IMG/VR virus record: IMGVR_UViG_3300021091_000011
Origin: a virus
Taxonomy: Duplodnaviria; Caudoviricetes
Reading direction: 5' to 3' (one strand)
DNA: 64,000 nucleotides
The position numbers and the translations under genes were made by a program. Under the pieces are notes generated by a model that worked only from the letters and a program-made list of their open reading frames with translations, searched no databases and was not told the DNA's origin. The stretch's first letter is position 1, and the number at the start of each line of letters is the position of its first letter. Below are positions 54,361 to 63,488 of the stretch, in pieces.

Positions 54361-54723
54361 TCAGCCCTTGAACTTGTCGCCGTACTTCTCTTTATTCGCG
54401 GCCCAATCGTCTTGAACGGACTTGGGCTGCGTCTTAAGCCACTTCTCGAAACCCGCCGTATCGCCCTCGGCGAAACGAGCCTCACGGCGATTGGCAAAGC
54501 GCCACTTCTTCAGCATCGCCATACGGGTCATATCGAGCGGGGGGCCGAGTTCCCCATCCATCTGAGCGTCTTGAAGTTGCTCGAAGTTTTCCTGCGTGAA
54601 ATGGTCGTCCATCCACGGCTCGTCGCTATCCAACGTCTCAAGCGGGCCACGAACAGGCTGACCGATTTCGTGAGCGTCAAAGTTAGCACGGCGGCGCGCA
54701 GCAATCTCAATGGGAAGTTTCAT
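54361..54723 (-). CDS. Small modular protein sharing LDSDEPWMDDHFTQE with 21033..22289
   Basis: 54 of 55 bp identical to 21830..21884. Confidence 0.7.
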   Translation of the reverse strand: MKLPIEIAARRRANFDAHEIGQPVRGPLETLDSDEPWMDDHFTQENFEQLQDAQMDGELGPPLDMTRMAMLKKWRFANRREARFAEGDTAGFEKWLKTQPKSVQDDWAANKEKYGDKFKG

Positions 54724-54732
54724 GCGAATCTC

Positions 54733-55164
54733 CTAGATAAAGACGTCGTAGCCGACCTGACCCGTGATGGTCGCGCCAGCCTGCACGGTGAATCCCGTGA
54801 TAGTCTTGTTAGTGATACGAAGCGGAGCGAAGATGCTCGGCGAGAGTTGAACGCGGTAGTTCGTATTCGACAAAGGCGTGGCGAATACGACGTCCTTGTA
54901 AGTCTCGGCGGTGAAAGTTAGGATGCCGTTGATTGCACTTACGAGGGCCAAGATCGACTCCACTTCAGAAGTCGCCGCGCAAATGTCGTCGGTGACTGAT
55001 TGCGGCAATCGAGTGTAAGGGCTGACCACCATGCCGTAGCGATCCGTGATTTCACGAACGTACACGCGGCCTGTGGTCGCGTCCGCGCCAATCGTGAACG
55101 TGAAATACTCGGGGGGCACACCCGACCGATACACGAACTCCGATATGACGAGTGACGCGGACAT
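54733..55164 (-). CDS. Hypothetical structural protein
   Basis: 143 aa; C-terminal NTNYRV...NKTITGFTV resembles the end of 35707..37257. Confidence 0.6.
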   Translation of the reverse strand: MSASLVISEFVYRSGVPPEYFTFTIGADATTGRVYVREITDRYGMVVSPYTRLPQSVTDDICAATSEVESILALVSAINGILTFTAETYKDVVFATPLSNTNYRVQLSPSIFAPLRITNKTITGFTVQAGATITGQVGYDVFI

Positions 55165-55476
55165 TCACCAAATCCCCGACGTTTCGCAGCCGTGTTTCTG
55201 GAACCAAGCGTCAAGTTCAATCAAGCCGTCACGATTGGACGACCAGACTTCAAGACGGTCGAAGCCGACCTTCACGCCCAAATCGGTAATCGGTTTGACC
55301 GAACCGAGTTTCAAACGCCCATCCCGAAATGACCGGAGCATGGTCGGAAGATTCTTGATTGGGTTCGCAGGCTGGTAGACCGTGAGCCTATATTCATCGC
55401 GCACGTTTGAATCTAGCCAACGGGAGGCGATCTTACGGGCGAGGTCTACTACTTTAGTAGGGGCTTCATCTTTCAC
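55165..55476 (-). CDS. Hypothetical protein
   Basis: 103 aa with RKIASRW. Confidence 0.65.
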   Translation of the reverse strand: MKDEAPTKVVDLARKIASRWLDSNVRDEYRLTVYQPANPIKNLPTMLRSFRDGRLKLGSVKPITDLGVKVGFDRLEVWSSNRDGLIELDAWFQKHGCETSGIW

Positions 55477-55506
55477 GCTATCCGCGATTCAATAAACGGT
55501 CTAGCG

Positions 55507-56121
55507 TTAGGCGATGACGTAAATCATCGGATCATTCCAAGCACCACGTTGAACCTGCTTCATAATGTTCAAGTGCGCGGCGACGTGCTTGAAAAGCAGC
55601 ACATAGTTATCCATGCCTCGCATTCCCTCAAGCGCACGCAAAGTACGGAAGAACCGATGGCGCACATAACCTTGAGTCACATCCAAACTGCGAGCAACCG
55701 TGCTTTGGCACGTTGACTCGATCATTTCGAGCATAATGCGAACGTCAACGGGGTCCGAGATTACGGATCGAAGATCGAACTCGATTCGATCCTTGTCATA
55801 CTCGGGCATCGTAAGCACATACTTAATGCGTGTAGCCGCCCGACGTAAACGATAGCAAACAGTCGGTTGGCTCACACCGAAAAGATCAGCGATTGCAGAT
55901 TGGCGCAGGCGTTGAAAAAAATAAAGCTCTAGGTAGTCGGCTTCTCGCGGGTGCAGATAGGCCAGCGCGTCTCGCACCTTTGAAAAGTCAGCGGCGCGGT
56001 CTTCACGCAACGCCTCGACGAAGGTTAAATCCGAAGCGGAGAGTGCGTCGTCATTGGAGAACACCGCTTCAATGTCAGCGGGGTCCATGATCACATGGCT
56101 ATTCCAGAAACTATCACTCAT
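55507..56121 (-). CDS. Sigma-70 region 4-like tandem HTH protein
   Basis: LELYFFQRLRQSAIADLFGVSQPTVCYRLRRA and a second QSTVARSLDVTQGYVRHR. Confidence 0.7.
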   Translation of the reverse strand: MSDSFWNSHVIMDPADIEAVFSNDDALSASDLTFVEALREDRAADFSKVRDALAYLHPREADYLELYFFQRLRQSAIADLFGVSQPTVCYRLRRAATRIKYVLTMPEYDKDRIEFDLRSVISDPVDVRIMLEMIESTCQSTVARSLDVTQGYVRHRFFRTLRALEGMRGMDNYVLLFKHVAAHLNIMKQVQRGAWNDPMIYVIA

Positions 56122-56752
56122 CGTCGTACCCCCTATATAACGGGTCCGCGTCGGAATCCTGTTCATAGTAGTTGGGATAAATGTCTGAAGGTGAGTCAAA
56201 ACCCAACACACCGTCAGCGGGACGAAGTGAATAGCGGGGGAAAACGCGGATCGTCTCTATTGTCCGCATTTTGATAAGCACGAAAGCGTCGTCACCGTGT
56301 ATATCTATGACTTTGCCAGTTAACCCACGATGCAGTCCGTCGTGAACGCGAACTTCGCTGTTGATTTCGATCTCGCGCGAGATCATCTGGCGAAGTCGTG
56401 TTTGAAGGTCCAACACGGACTTATTCGGCACGGGCGTTAATACGCGGATCACGCCGGGACGATTCTGAGACAGGACGGTTTTTACGTTCGGGCTTTTATT
56501 GTGAAGCCCGAAGTACGTCGTGTCAGGTAGTCCCGTAGCAATGAAAGCATAGCCTTCGATTACATTGATGACCGAACGACGCTTGTGCCGAACGATCACC
56601 GTGTAGGGGACGAATATAGGATGGTCGTCGGGACAATCCAAAACGCTGCGGAGGTGCGATTCTAAACCGCCTTCTTCCGCGAGCCGTTCCCCTGCGTCTG
56701 TTAGTTCTACGACGACCCAAGTAAGATCGTCACGTTGATCCCGTTCCCGCAC
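56114..56752 (-). CDS. NusG/RfaH-like transcription factor
   Basis: NGN: WVVVEL...VIEGYAFI; KOW: EVRVHDGLHRGLTGKVIDI. Confidence 0.8.
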   Translation of the reverse strand: MRERDQRDDLTWVVVELTDAGERLAEEGGLESHLRSVLDCPDDHPIFVPYTVIVRHKRRSVINVIEGYAFIATGLPDTTYFGLHNKSPNVKTVLSQNRPGVIRVLTPVPNKSVLDLQTRLRQMISREIEINSEVRVHDGLHRGLTGKVIDIHGDDAFVLIKMRTIETIRVFPRYSLRPADGVLGFDSPSDIYPNYYEQDSDADPLYRGYDDE

Positions 56753-58079
56753 CCGTTAATCTCCGATAATGGAAACCGACGAGGTTGCGGAAAGCATCGG
56801 CGTCAAGTGCCGATACAGGAATCGTGGCCGTAGATTGCGTGCGACGCTTTGATGCACCGCCGCCAACAGCACGCGGATCGACTTGAACAACAGCGTTTGC
56901 AGAGGGCTTTGGTGCATTTATGCCTACATTACCCGCAGGCATAACTTTTTCGGGCACCGCTGTAAAAGTGGACGCGGCTTTGGCGACGGTAACGACAACC
57001 GCCTCAGAAGAAACGCCATGAACGATGCCGTTGTGAACAGCCGCAGCATCCAAAAGAAGCGTGTGCGGGGTCGGACGTTTCGGTGGTGCCGAAAAGCGTG
57101 AACTGATCGCAAGTAACTGCGCGCCCTTTTCGGCAAGGGCTTTGATTCGGTCCTGCGCCCAATGCGCCTGAATCTTACCGACGCCCAAATGCGCGCGATA
57201 CGCCGTTAAAGAAGCCTCGGCCAATCGCTCATACGCCGAAGTCGGGCTAGTCGAATCCGCAAGTGCCGACGCAGCACGAGCGACCGCTGCTTGGTCCAGC
57301 CCTATCGCGTCGAGCAAGTCTAGGACCAGATCATTTGAACCCAAGCCTAGATATGACGTGACGTTCGTGCGGGTGGCAGAACCAAGCACGGAAACACCCT
57401 CAAGCGTCTTGAGCGCGTCCCGAATATGGCATTCCGTAACCTCGGCAATCGTCACCAAAGCATCGTGCTCATAGGTAATGCCCTCTTGAGCACAAACCCA
57501 CGCCAGCCGATCCGCGATGCCCTCGGGCGTGACGGCCTTGATGACGAAAGCCGGAGCGCAACGTGAAAAGATGGTCGGCTGCATCTTTTCAGGCTCGGTC
57601 GTACAGAAGATGCAGACGAGTTGCTTATCTTCCGTGCCCGAAATGCAATCTTCCATCGGCTTGAGCACCGCGTCCAACGCGCTTTTGCTCAACCGATGGG
57701 ATTCGTCAAAGAGATAAATGCGCCGCTTGCCCGAAAAAGATGAATACTGAATATCCTCGGTGATCTTCAGCATATCCTCTTTGGTGGACTTCGTGGCCGC
57801 ATCGAGTTCGGTGAAGCACTCGTGCTGCTTGCCCTGCAAGATCGCAAGGCAGGACTCACAAGCGTCACACGGTTCACCGTCCACGGGTGCAGAGCACAAA
57901 AGGGCGCGTGCAAGGATGCGCCCCATGGTCGTCTTGCCGGACCCATGCTGCCCGCAAAAGACGTAGGACTGATGGTAGCCCTTACCCTCTTTGAGCAGTT
58001 GGCGCAGAATCAGAACCGACGACTCTTGACCGAGTACGTCGCTGTATTTGCGTGGCCTATAACGGGTATCAAGGGCCAC
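56730..58079 (-). CDS. dnaX: DNA polymerase III gamma/tau subunit
   Basis: RYRPRKYSDVLGQE, GQHGSGKTT, PCDACESC, ELDAAT, LFDESHRLS. Confidence 0.92.
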   Translation of the reverse strand: MALDTRYRPRKYSDVLGQESSVLILRQLLKEGKGYHQSYVFCGQHGSGKTTMGRILARALLCSAPVDGEPCDACESCLAILQGKQHECFTELDAATKSTKEDMLKITEDIQYSSFSGKRRIYLFDESHRLSKSALDAVLKPMEDCISGTEDKQLVCIFCTTEPEKMQPTIFSRCAPAFVIKAVTPEGIADRLAWVCAQEGITYEHDALVTIAEVTECHIRDALKTLEGVSVLGSATRTNVTSYLGLGSNDLVLDLLDAIGLDQAAVARAASALADSTSPTSAYERLAEASLTAYRAHLGVGKIQAHWAQDRIKALAEKGAQLLAISSRFSAPPKRPTPHTLLLDAAAVHNGIVHGVSSEAVVVTVAKAASTFTAVPEKVMPAGNVGINAPKPSANAVVQVDPRAVGGGASKRRTQSTATIPVSALDADAFRNLVGFHYRRLTGAGTGST

Positions 58080-58096
58080 AAAGGGCTCCGTTCAGG

Positions 58097-58564
58097 TCAG
58101 TCGTCGGAACCGAAGATTTCTTCGACGGGCGAGGACTTGTCCCCACCATCGCCCTCGTCCTTCGGGAACCACATACCGTACCGCTCGATGTTGTCGCGGA
58201 ACGCAGCGATGTCAGGCTTGGCAATCGAGCACTTCGGCTCGGCGGTCTTGGGGTCTTCTTCGCAGCGGCAAGAACAAAGCAAATGGTCAAGCAAAGCCTC
58301 GCGCTTCACATTGTCCAACTCGTTCTCCCAAACGTCCGCGCCGATTTCGAGCATAAACTTGTAAGACGTGTTGCCGATGGCATTCGCAATCGGCGCAACC
58401 TTGCGGCTCGTGCCGAGCGTCACCTTGCCGCCCGACTTGCCCGCCTTATCGCGGAACACGACCACAATCTCATCGACTACGAGAACCAAGTCAGGGTGAT
58501 TGTTCGCCACCAGCCGCTTGATAATCTCGTGAACGTCCTCGCCTGCTTTCCAAAAATCAGCCAT
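58097..58564 (-). CDS. Phage metallopeptidase-like protein with degenerate HExxH
   Basis: REALLDHLLCSC...DIAAFRDNIERYGMW; the family normally has DHELxH. Confidence 0.55.
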   Translation of the reverse strand: MADFWKAGEDVHEIIKRLVANNHPDLVLVVDEIVVVFRDKAGKSGGKVTLGTSRKVAPIANAIGNTSYKFMLEIGADVWENELDNVKREALLDHLLCSCRCEEDPKTAEPKCSIAKPDIAAFRDNIERYGMWFPKDEGDGGDKSSPVEEIFGSDD

Positions 58565-59297
58565 GAGTCAAACTCCCATTCAAGTATGAAGAAAAGGCCG
58601 AACGCAAAGCGTCACGGCCACCAGAGTCCCAAATCTCGCCTGGGTCTTTGCCGCCTCGATATCGCACGACGCGGACGTTGACATTTACACGCTCTAGCAT
58701 CTGCTTTGCCCCCTTATGAAACGCGCCCGTGCTATCAACACGGCCCTCGGCCATGCCACGTCCGGTCGAGTCTTCATCGAAGCACAAGTAAGCCGTCGCG
58801 CCACGTTGCAAAAATCGAGATAGAAACTGAGCGTGCGAATAAGACAATCGGGCACCGCCGCAAGCCAAAGCCACACCTTGCGTGACGTGCGCGATTGCGA
58901 GGTCGAAAATACCTTCGACTAACCAGACGTCAGCGCCGGACCAGATACGTTGCATGGCCGTATGATTCATGCCCGAAAACGTCGCGGTCCATTTCGACGG
59001 CGGGAGATAATGCTTCATCACCGCCTTTTCACCCTGCCACTTGCGAAACTCAACGCCAAGTAACTTGCCCGAAGGTGCCCACAAGGGAATCGTGAGCCAA
59101 CCCGCCACGGCGTCACCATGCGCGCCAAAGCGTCGAGTAAACTCCGCGTCCGGACTCGGTTCTTCAGGTGGAATCCAGACGCCCACCCTGCACTCTTCCA
59201 ATATGGATTGCGGCAACCCACGGCCAAGGCAATAGCCTTCGGCTTCCTCGGGCATTTCAAACGCCGAGTTAATAAGTGCCTGTTGCAACCAGATCAC
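58557..59297 (-). CDS. DnaG-like TOPRIM primase without zinc-binding domain
   Basis: VWLVEGIFD, LCFDEDSTG, KDPGE; GTGA overlap start. Confidence 0.75.
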   Translation of the reverse strand: MIWLQQALINSAFEMPEEAEGYCLGRGLPQSILEECRVGVWIPPEEPSPDAEFTRRFGAHGDAVAGWLTIPLWAPSGKLLGVEFRKWQGEKAVMKHYLPPSKWTATFSGMNHTAMQRIWSGADVWLVEGIFDLAIAHVTQGVALACGGARLSYSHAQFLSRFLQRGATAYLCFDEDSTGRGMAEGRVDSTGAFHKGAKQMLERVNVNVRVVRYRGGKDPGEIWDSGGRDALRSAFSSYLNGSLTHG

Positions 59298-59776
59298 GGG
59301 CGAACGATGCCCATTCCCCGTGAGGCATTGTGAACGACTATTGCCGCCCAATCGCCTTCGCAAACAAATGCCGTGCCCAAGTATTTACGGTCTGCGGGCA
59401 CAAAGACGTGCGTGACGGATTCAGGAAGCCACGGCGCGTTTTCACGGTCCAACACGTCGTACTCCGTAAAGTCATACTCGGCCAAACGTGCTTCGGCCTC
59501 GGCTAACGTCTTTACGGCGCAGCCCCATTCGTTTTCGTCCGATGCCTTGAGTACGGCGTCTACAACCTCGGCAAACAACGCCGTTGGCGTGGATTGCCGA
59601 AGGGCAGCACGAACGCATCCGGTCTTTGGGAAAGCCTGAGCAACCCAAGCGAATGCCCTAGTCGTAGAAATCAGATAAGGGCCGGACTCTTGAGGAACAG
59701 GAGCCTCAAGAAATAAAGGACGTCGCCCTTTGCCGCCAAAAGCCAAAGGCTCAATGTGCAGCAACGCTGGATTCAC
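59294..59776 (-). CDS. Hypothetical protein
   Basis: 160 aa; GTGA overlaps at both ends. Confidence 0.6.
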   Translation of the reverse strand: MNPALLHIEPLAFGGKGRRPLFLEAPVPQESGPYLISTTRAFAWVAQAFPKTGCVRAALRQSTPTALFAEVVDAVLKASDENEWGCAVKTLAEAEARLAEYDFTEYDVLDRENAPWLPESVTHVFVPADRKYLGTAFVCEGDWAAIVVHNASRGMGIVRP

Positions 59777-60477
59777 GACTTCTTCCAGATACGATCTATG
59801 AACGCCGTGAAAACCAACGCTATCGGACGCAGCCAAGCCATAAAAGCGTTAGGCTTCGGCACGGAAAGGCGGGCAACCTCGGACTTGAGCGCGTCAATCT
59901 CGGCTTGCTTTGATCGCACTTGCTTATTCGCCAGACTCAAATCTTCTTCGAGCACGACGATTTCTTCGGCTTGTGCTTTTAGATCAGCGGCCATTTCTCC
60001 GTGATCCGCTAAACGGTCTTCTAGTGCGCTTTTCACCACGTCGGCGTCACTAACGCTCGTAACCCAAATGGGTACGCCTTCGACCTCACCCGCAGAATAG
60101 GGGTCGGGGTATTCGGCACGATCATCGTCAAGCGACCAAATCAACGCGGCTACGTCGCTATACTTGGCGGCGATTTCACTCGGCGGGGATTTCTTGAAAA
60201 ACGACTTGACCTGATTACGGGCATTGTCCGGCGTGTGCAGGGCTTCGTAGAACGAACAGCCCACGGCCCGATCAGCAAAGCGCGTGTCACAGGATTTGCC
60301 CTTCTTCGGACAATCCGACGATGCACAGAAACCAACCTTGCCGAATCCGGCGAGTTCTAATTGGCGATTGTGCGCGCAGTTAGAGGGCTTGATTGCCAGC
60401 AAGTCCTCGATCTCACGCTTGGCGTGCCGAAACTGAACCTGCTTGAGTTTGTGGGCAATCTCGGCTTCGGTTTTCAT
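59773..60477 (-). CDS. Hypothetical protein (Cys cluster, coiled coil)
   Basis: 234 aa, coupled to its neighbours. Confidence 0.65.
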   Translation of the reverse strand: MKTEAEIAHKLKQVQFRHAKREIEDLLAIKPSNCAHNRQLELAGFGKVGFCASSDCPKKGKSCDTRFADRAVGCSFYEALHTPDNARNQVKSFFKKSPPSEIAAKYSDVAALIWSLDDDRAEYPDPYSAGEVEGVPIWVTSVSDADVVKSALEDRLADHGEMAADLKAQAEEIVVLEEDLSLANKQVRSKQAEIDALKSEVARLSVPKPNAFMAWLRPIALVFTAFIDRIWKKS

Positions 60478-61115
60478 CGGCGCACAACTTCCTTAAAGGT
60501 CGCCTCGCCGTCTTTTTTGTGAATCCGATAAGCCAAGTCCGCTTCTTCGACAAGCGTTTGGCTATGGGAAACCGCCAGAATGTCGATTCCAAGACGCTTA
60601 GAGAGCAAGCGTAAGAAACGCCCAACTCTCGGAACGTAATGCTCGGCAACAGCGGCTAGGGATTCATCGAGCAAGATCAAGGGCCGAAGCCCCCGCCGAT
60701 GGGTGACGACGATTCGTAGCAAAACGGACTGAACGGTGGCGATGGAACCGCCATAGGCATCTACGCTAGACCCTTCAATCATCCCCCCTGCATCAACTTG
60801 AGTGGTGATTAGGTCTACGGACACCTTACCCCGCTGCACGTCCACTTCGGAACGGACGGACAAATGCAGGTCGTCAAACACCGCGCCCAAACCTTCGGTG
60901 AGCAGGTCTTGAGCGAGTTTTGCGTTGTCCACGACCTCGCGGTCGATCAATGCACGAAGCACGTCCGCGACTCGGGAGAGGATTTGATCCTCGGATTCCA
61001 AGTGAGCGATGCGCGCCTCGACCTGCCCCATTTCAGACAAAGACGCCGCACGAATCCCTGAGACTCGTGCGGCGTCCAAGCGAAGGGCGTCGAGTTTTTG
61101 GATTAGTTCTTCCAC
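60474..61115 (-). CDS. SbcC/Rad50-like ABC ATPase, C-terminal half only
   Basis: Coiled coil, signature-like YGGSIATV, Walker B ILLDES, VSHS; no Walker A. Confidence 0.75.
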   Translation of the reverse strand: MEELIQKLDALRLDAARVSGIRAASLSEMGQVEARIAHLESEDQILSRVADVLRALIDREVVDNAKLAQDLLTEGLGAVFDDLHLSVRSEVDVQRGKVSVDLITTQVDAGGMIEGSSVDAYGGSIATVQSVLLRIVVTHRRGLRPLILLDESLAAVAEHYVPRVGRFLRLLSKRLGIDILAVSHSQTLVEEADLAYRIHKKDGEATFKEVVRR

Positions 61116-62248
61116 ACCAAAACCGCGAAGTAGTCGGTGGCACCCACCTCGGCGGGGTCCTTATGACGCACGCCGATAAAGCCACCCTTACCACGACGGT
61201 TTACACCCAACTTCAACTCGGCTACCCCGAAAGCGTCGGCAATCGACTTCAGGTAGTTATGCCCAACGGTGAAGCCGTCGGCGAAAGCGTCACCGTTGAC
61301 GATATCGCCCTTGACCGTGATCGGGTAATCGTCCTCACCGCCCGCATCGGAAGGCATAGAAGCGATCACACGACCGTCGAGATACCGCAAACGAATCGTC
61401 TCGTGGTTCTTCGGCGCGGACGCAGAAAGCACGCTGACCGCAGCCTTGAAGTCCACCAAATCCAACACGAATGAGGATTCGTCGTCATTGTCCGGATTCA
61501 CGTCGAGCTTGGGGAACGGCGCGTTCGGGCGGCTGATGCCGATGTAGCCGCCGTCAACACGGCGAATGAACGCACACGCGCCACCACCATCGTTCGCAGA
61601 CCGCTCCGACGTAAGCAGCGTCACGTCACCGTTGAGCGTGTCTTTAAGCGACAGGAACTTCGTGAGGGTCGGGATATCCTTGCCCGGAATCCGCATATTC
61701 AACTCGGGCATGGCAACGCGAACGTGCGACAACGCGCGGCGGTCAGTCGACCAGAGCGTGCCGTTGATTGCCTCGATTTGGCAAATCTCGGGCTTCTGCG
61801 TGTCGTCGGTGGACACAAAGCACTTCGACACGTTAATCGCGCGATTCAGCGTAGACGGCACGATGGTCCCGTCTACCTTCGCGTCAGAGTAAAGGCGATC
61901 CCAATATGGAAACTTCGTCGGGTCGAGCGAGCGCAAACGAATCCGGCCCTTCGTGCCCTTAGCGGTCACTTCGCCGTTTGCGTCCGACGTAATCGTCAGC
62001 AAACCGTCGGCCACACCGGACAGCCACTTGTCCAGACGCCAAGCCTCGACGGTGAAAGCATCTTCGCCTTCGGACACGCACTTCAGCGGGATGCCGCTGA
62101 AAGTACGCATATCGTAGGACAAAATCTCGACTCCTGAACCCGTCTTGCGGAACAGGTAATGCGAGGACAAGTCGGTGCCAGAACCAACCGTCAGCGTGGA
62201 CACCGCGAGTGCGGCCTCAAGATCAATCTTGGCTACTTCAATCTTCAT
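61103..62248 (-). CDS. dnaN: DNA polymerase III beta sliding clamp
   Basis: 381 aa, three-domain clamp pattern, STDRRAL, FPKL. Confidence 0.8.
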   Translation of the reverse strand: MKIEVAKIDLEAALAVSTLTVGSGTDLSSHYLFRKTGSGVEILSYDMRTFSGIPLKCVSEGEDAFTVEAWRLDKWLSGVADGLLTITSDANGEVTAKGTKGRIRLRSLDPTKFPYWDRLYSDAKVDGTIVPSTLNRAINVSKCFVSTDDTQKPEICQIEAINGTLWSTDRRALSHVRVAMPELNMRIPGKDIPTLTKFLSLKDTLNGDVTLLTSERSANDGGGACAFIRRVDGGYIGISRPNAPFPKLDVNPDNDDESSFVLDLVDFKAAVSVLSASAPKNHETIRLRYLDGRVIASMPSDAGGEDDYPITVKGDIVNGDAFADGFTVGHNYLKSIADAFGVAELKLGVNRRGKGGFIGVRHKDPAEVGATDYFAVLVWKN

Positions 62249-62255
62249 TGATTCC

Positions 62256-62519
62256 TCACAGGGACCGATAAGGCGAAAGTGCCTTGTCGAGAGCGTCAAT
62301 CTCGGCTTCAAACTTGCTCAAAGCCGCAGCGTAGGATTCCTCTAATTCGCGCACCTTGCCGTCGATTTGATCGGGGTCAATGCCCTTCGCACGAATCTCA
62401 GCCTCAACCTCGGCTAGATTCTTTTGGGCGAGTTCACGGCGCGCTTCAATCTTGTTCACTTCGTCCGCAAGGCGGTCGCGCGTTGCGAGGGCCTGCTTCA
62501 AGCGTGCGTCTAAATCCAT
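62256..62519 (-). CDS. Small coiled-coil protein
   Basis: 87-aa heptad-rich ORF. Confidence 0.65.
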   Translation of the reverse strand: MDLDARLKQALATRDRLADEVNKIEARRELAQKNLAEVEAEIRAKGIDPDQIDGKVRELEESYAAALSKFEAEIDALDKALSPYRSL

Positions 62520-62561
62520 GTTTGCCAATACACCCAAAGCAGTTAGGGGGCACCCCCTATT

Positions 62562-63479
62562 TTACAGGATCAAATCGCCAAATCCGTCCGGACCAGCGGC
62601 TTCTTTCGGCTTTTCTTCTTTCGGCTTGCGTCTCGCGGCGTTGAACTCGCGCTGAGTTTTACGCGCCTCGCAAACCGTCTCAAAGTCGCAGTATTTACAA
62701 TTCGTCGGAGTAGGCGTCGGGTCAAACTTGCCCTTACGCATTGAAAGCCGAGCCTGCACGACGCGCTGCGCGATACCCTCCAAGTCCTCGTCGGTAAAGG
62801 GAATCCACTCAATGCCGGATTCGCCCGTCTCGTCGTTGAAAGGAAACCTGTACCAGACGAAGCCAATGCGCTCAGGCACCTGCTTATAGGACAACTTGAA
62901 AAGGAGCGCGTACCACCGCAACTGATCGGGATCGGGGTCTTTGCGCTTCGTGTTCTTGCCGTCGAGAATGGTAAGCCCATTGTCGTCACGGCGAATAATC
63001 AAGTCGGCACGGCCACCGACCTGCGTGTATTGGTCAATCCACCCGACTAGCCCAACCTCGGCCTTCGCGTAAGGGCCAATGAACTTGTGAGCCTTCATCG
63101 TCTTGAGATAACCGAGAACCGCGTCCTTACAATGCTGAAGCATCTCAGAACGGGTCAACTCCATCTCACGGTAGTCCATGAAGTTTCGCGGGTCAGACTC
63201 TTGCCGCTCCCATTCACGGTCGACGATGTTCAGCAAAGTGGCCGAAAGCGTTTTCGGGTCTTTGTAGAGTTCATCATTATACATACGCTCAATGGCGTAC
63301 TGAATCACGGTGCCCATGACCGCGTGATGTCGCGGACTCGGCTTTTCCGTCATGGGCTTAGGCTTGCCTGGCCCACCACCACAATCGATCCCATCCCACC
63401 CGCGCGACCACAGGAACTTCTGCGGGCACGTCTCGTACAGCGCGAAACTCGACCAATAGATCGTGCTATTCTCGTTCAT
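62562..63479 (-). CDS. PD-(D/E)XK nuclease (RecB/AddB-like)
   Basis: ETCPQKF, GRADLI, ILDGKNT, QLRWYA, CKYCDFETVC. Confidence 0.85.
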   Translation of the reverse strand: MNENSTIYWSSFALYETCPQKFLWSRGWDGIDCGGGPGKPKPMTEKPSPRHHAVMGTVIQYAIERMYNDELYKDPKTLSATLLNIVDREWERQESDPRNFMDYREMELTRSEMLQHCKDAVLGYLKTMKAHKFIGPYAKAEVGLVGWIDQYTQVGGRADLIIRRDDNGLTILDGKNTKRKDPDPDQLRWYALLFKLSYKQVPERIGFVWYRFPFNDETGESGIEWIPFTDEDLEGIAQRVVQARLSMRKGKFDPTPTPTNCKYCDFETVCEARKTQREFNAARRKPKEEKPKEAAGPDGFGDLIL

Positions 63480-63488
63480 AGGCGTATT

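Noticed and set aside
62562-63479. Cas4 call for the PD-(D/E)XK nuclease
   Set aside because: No CRISPR context; it lies beside SbcD and DnaN, so recombination is the simpler role.
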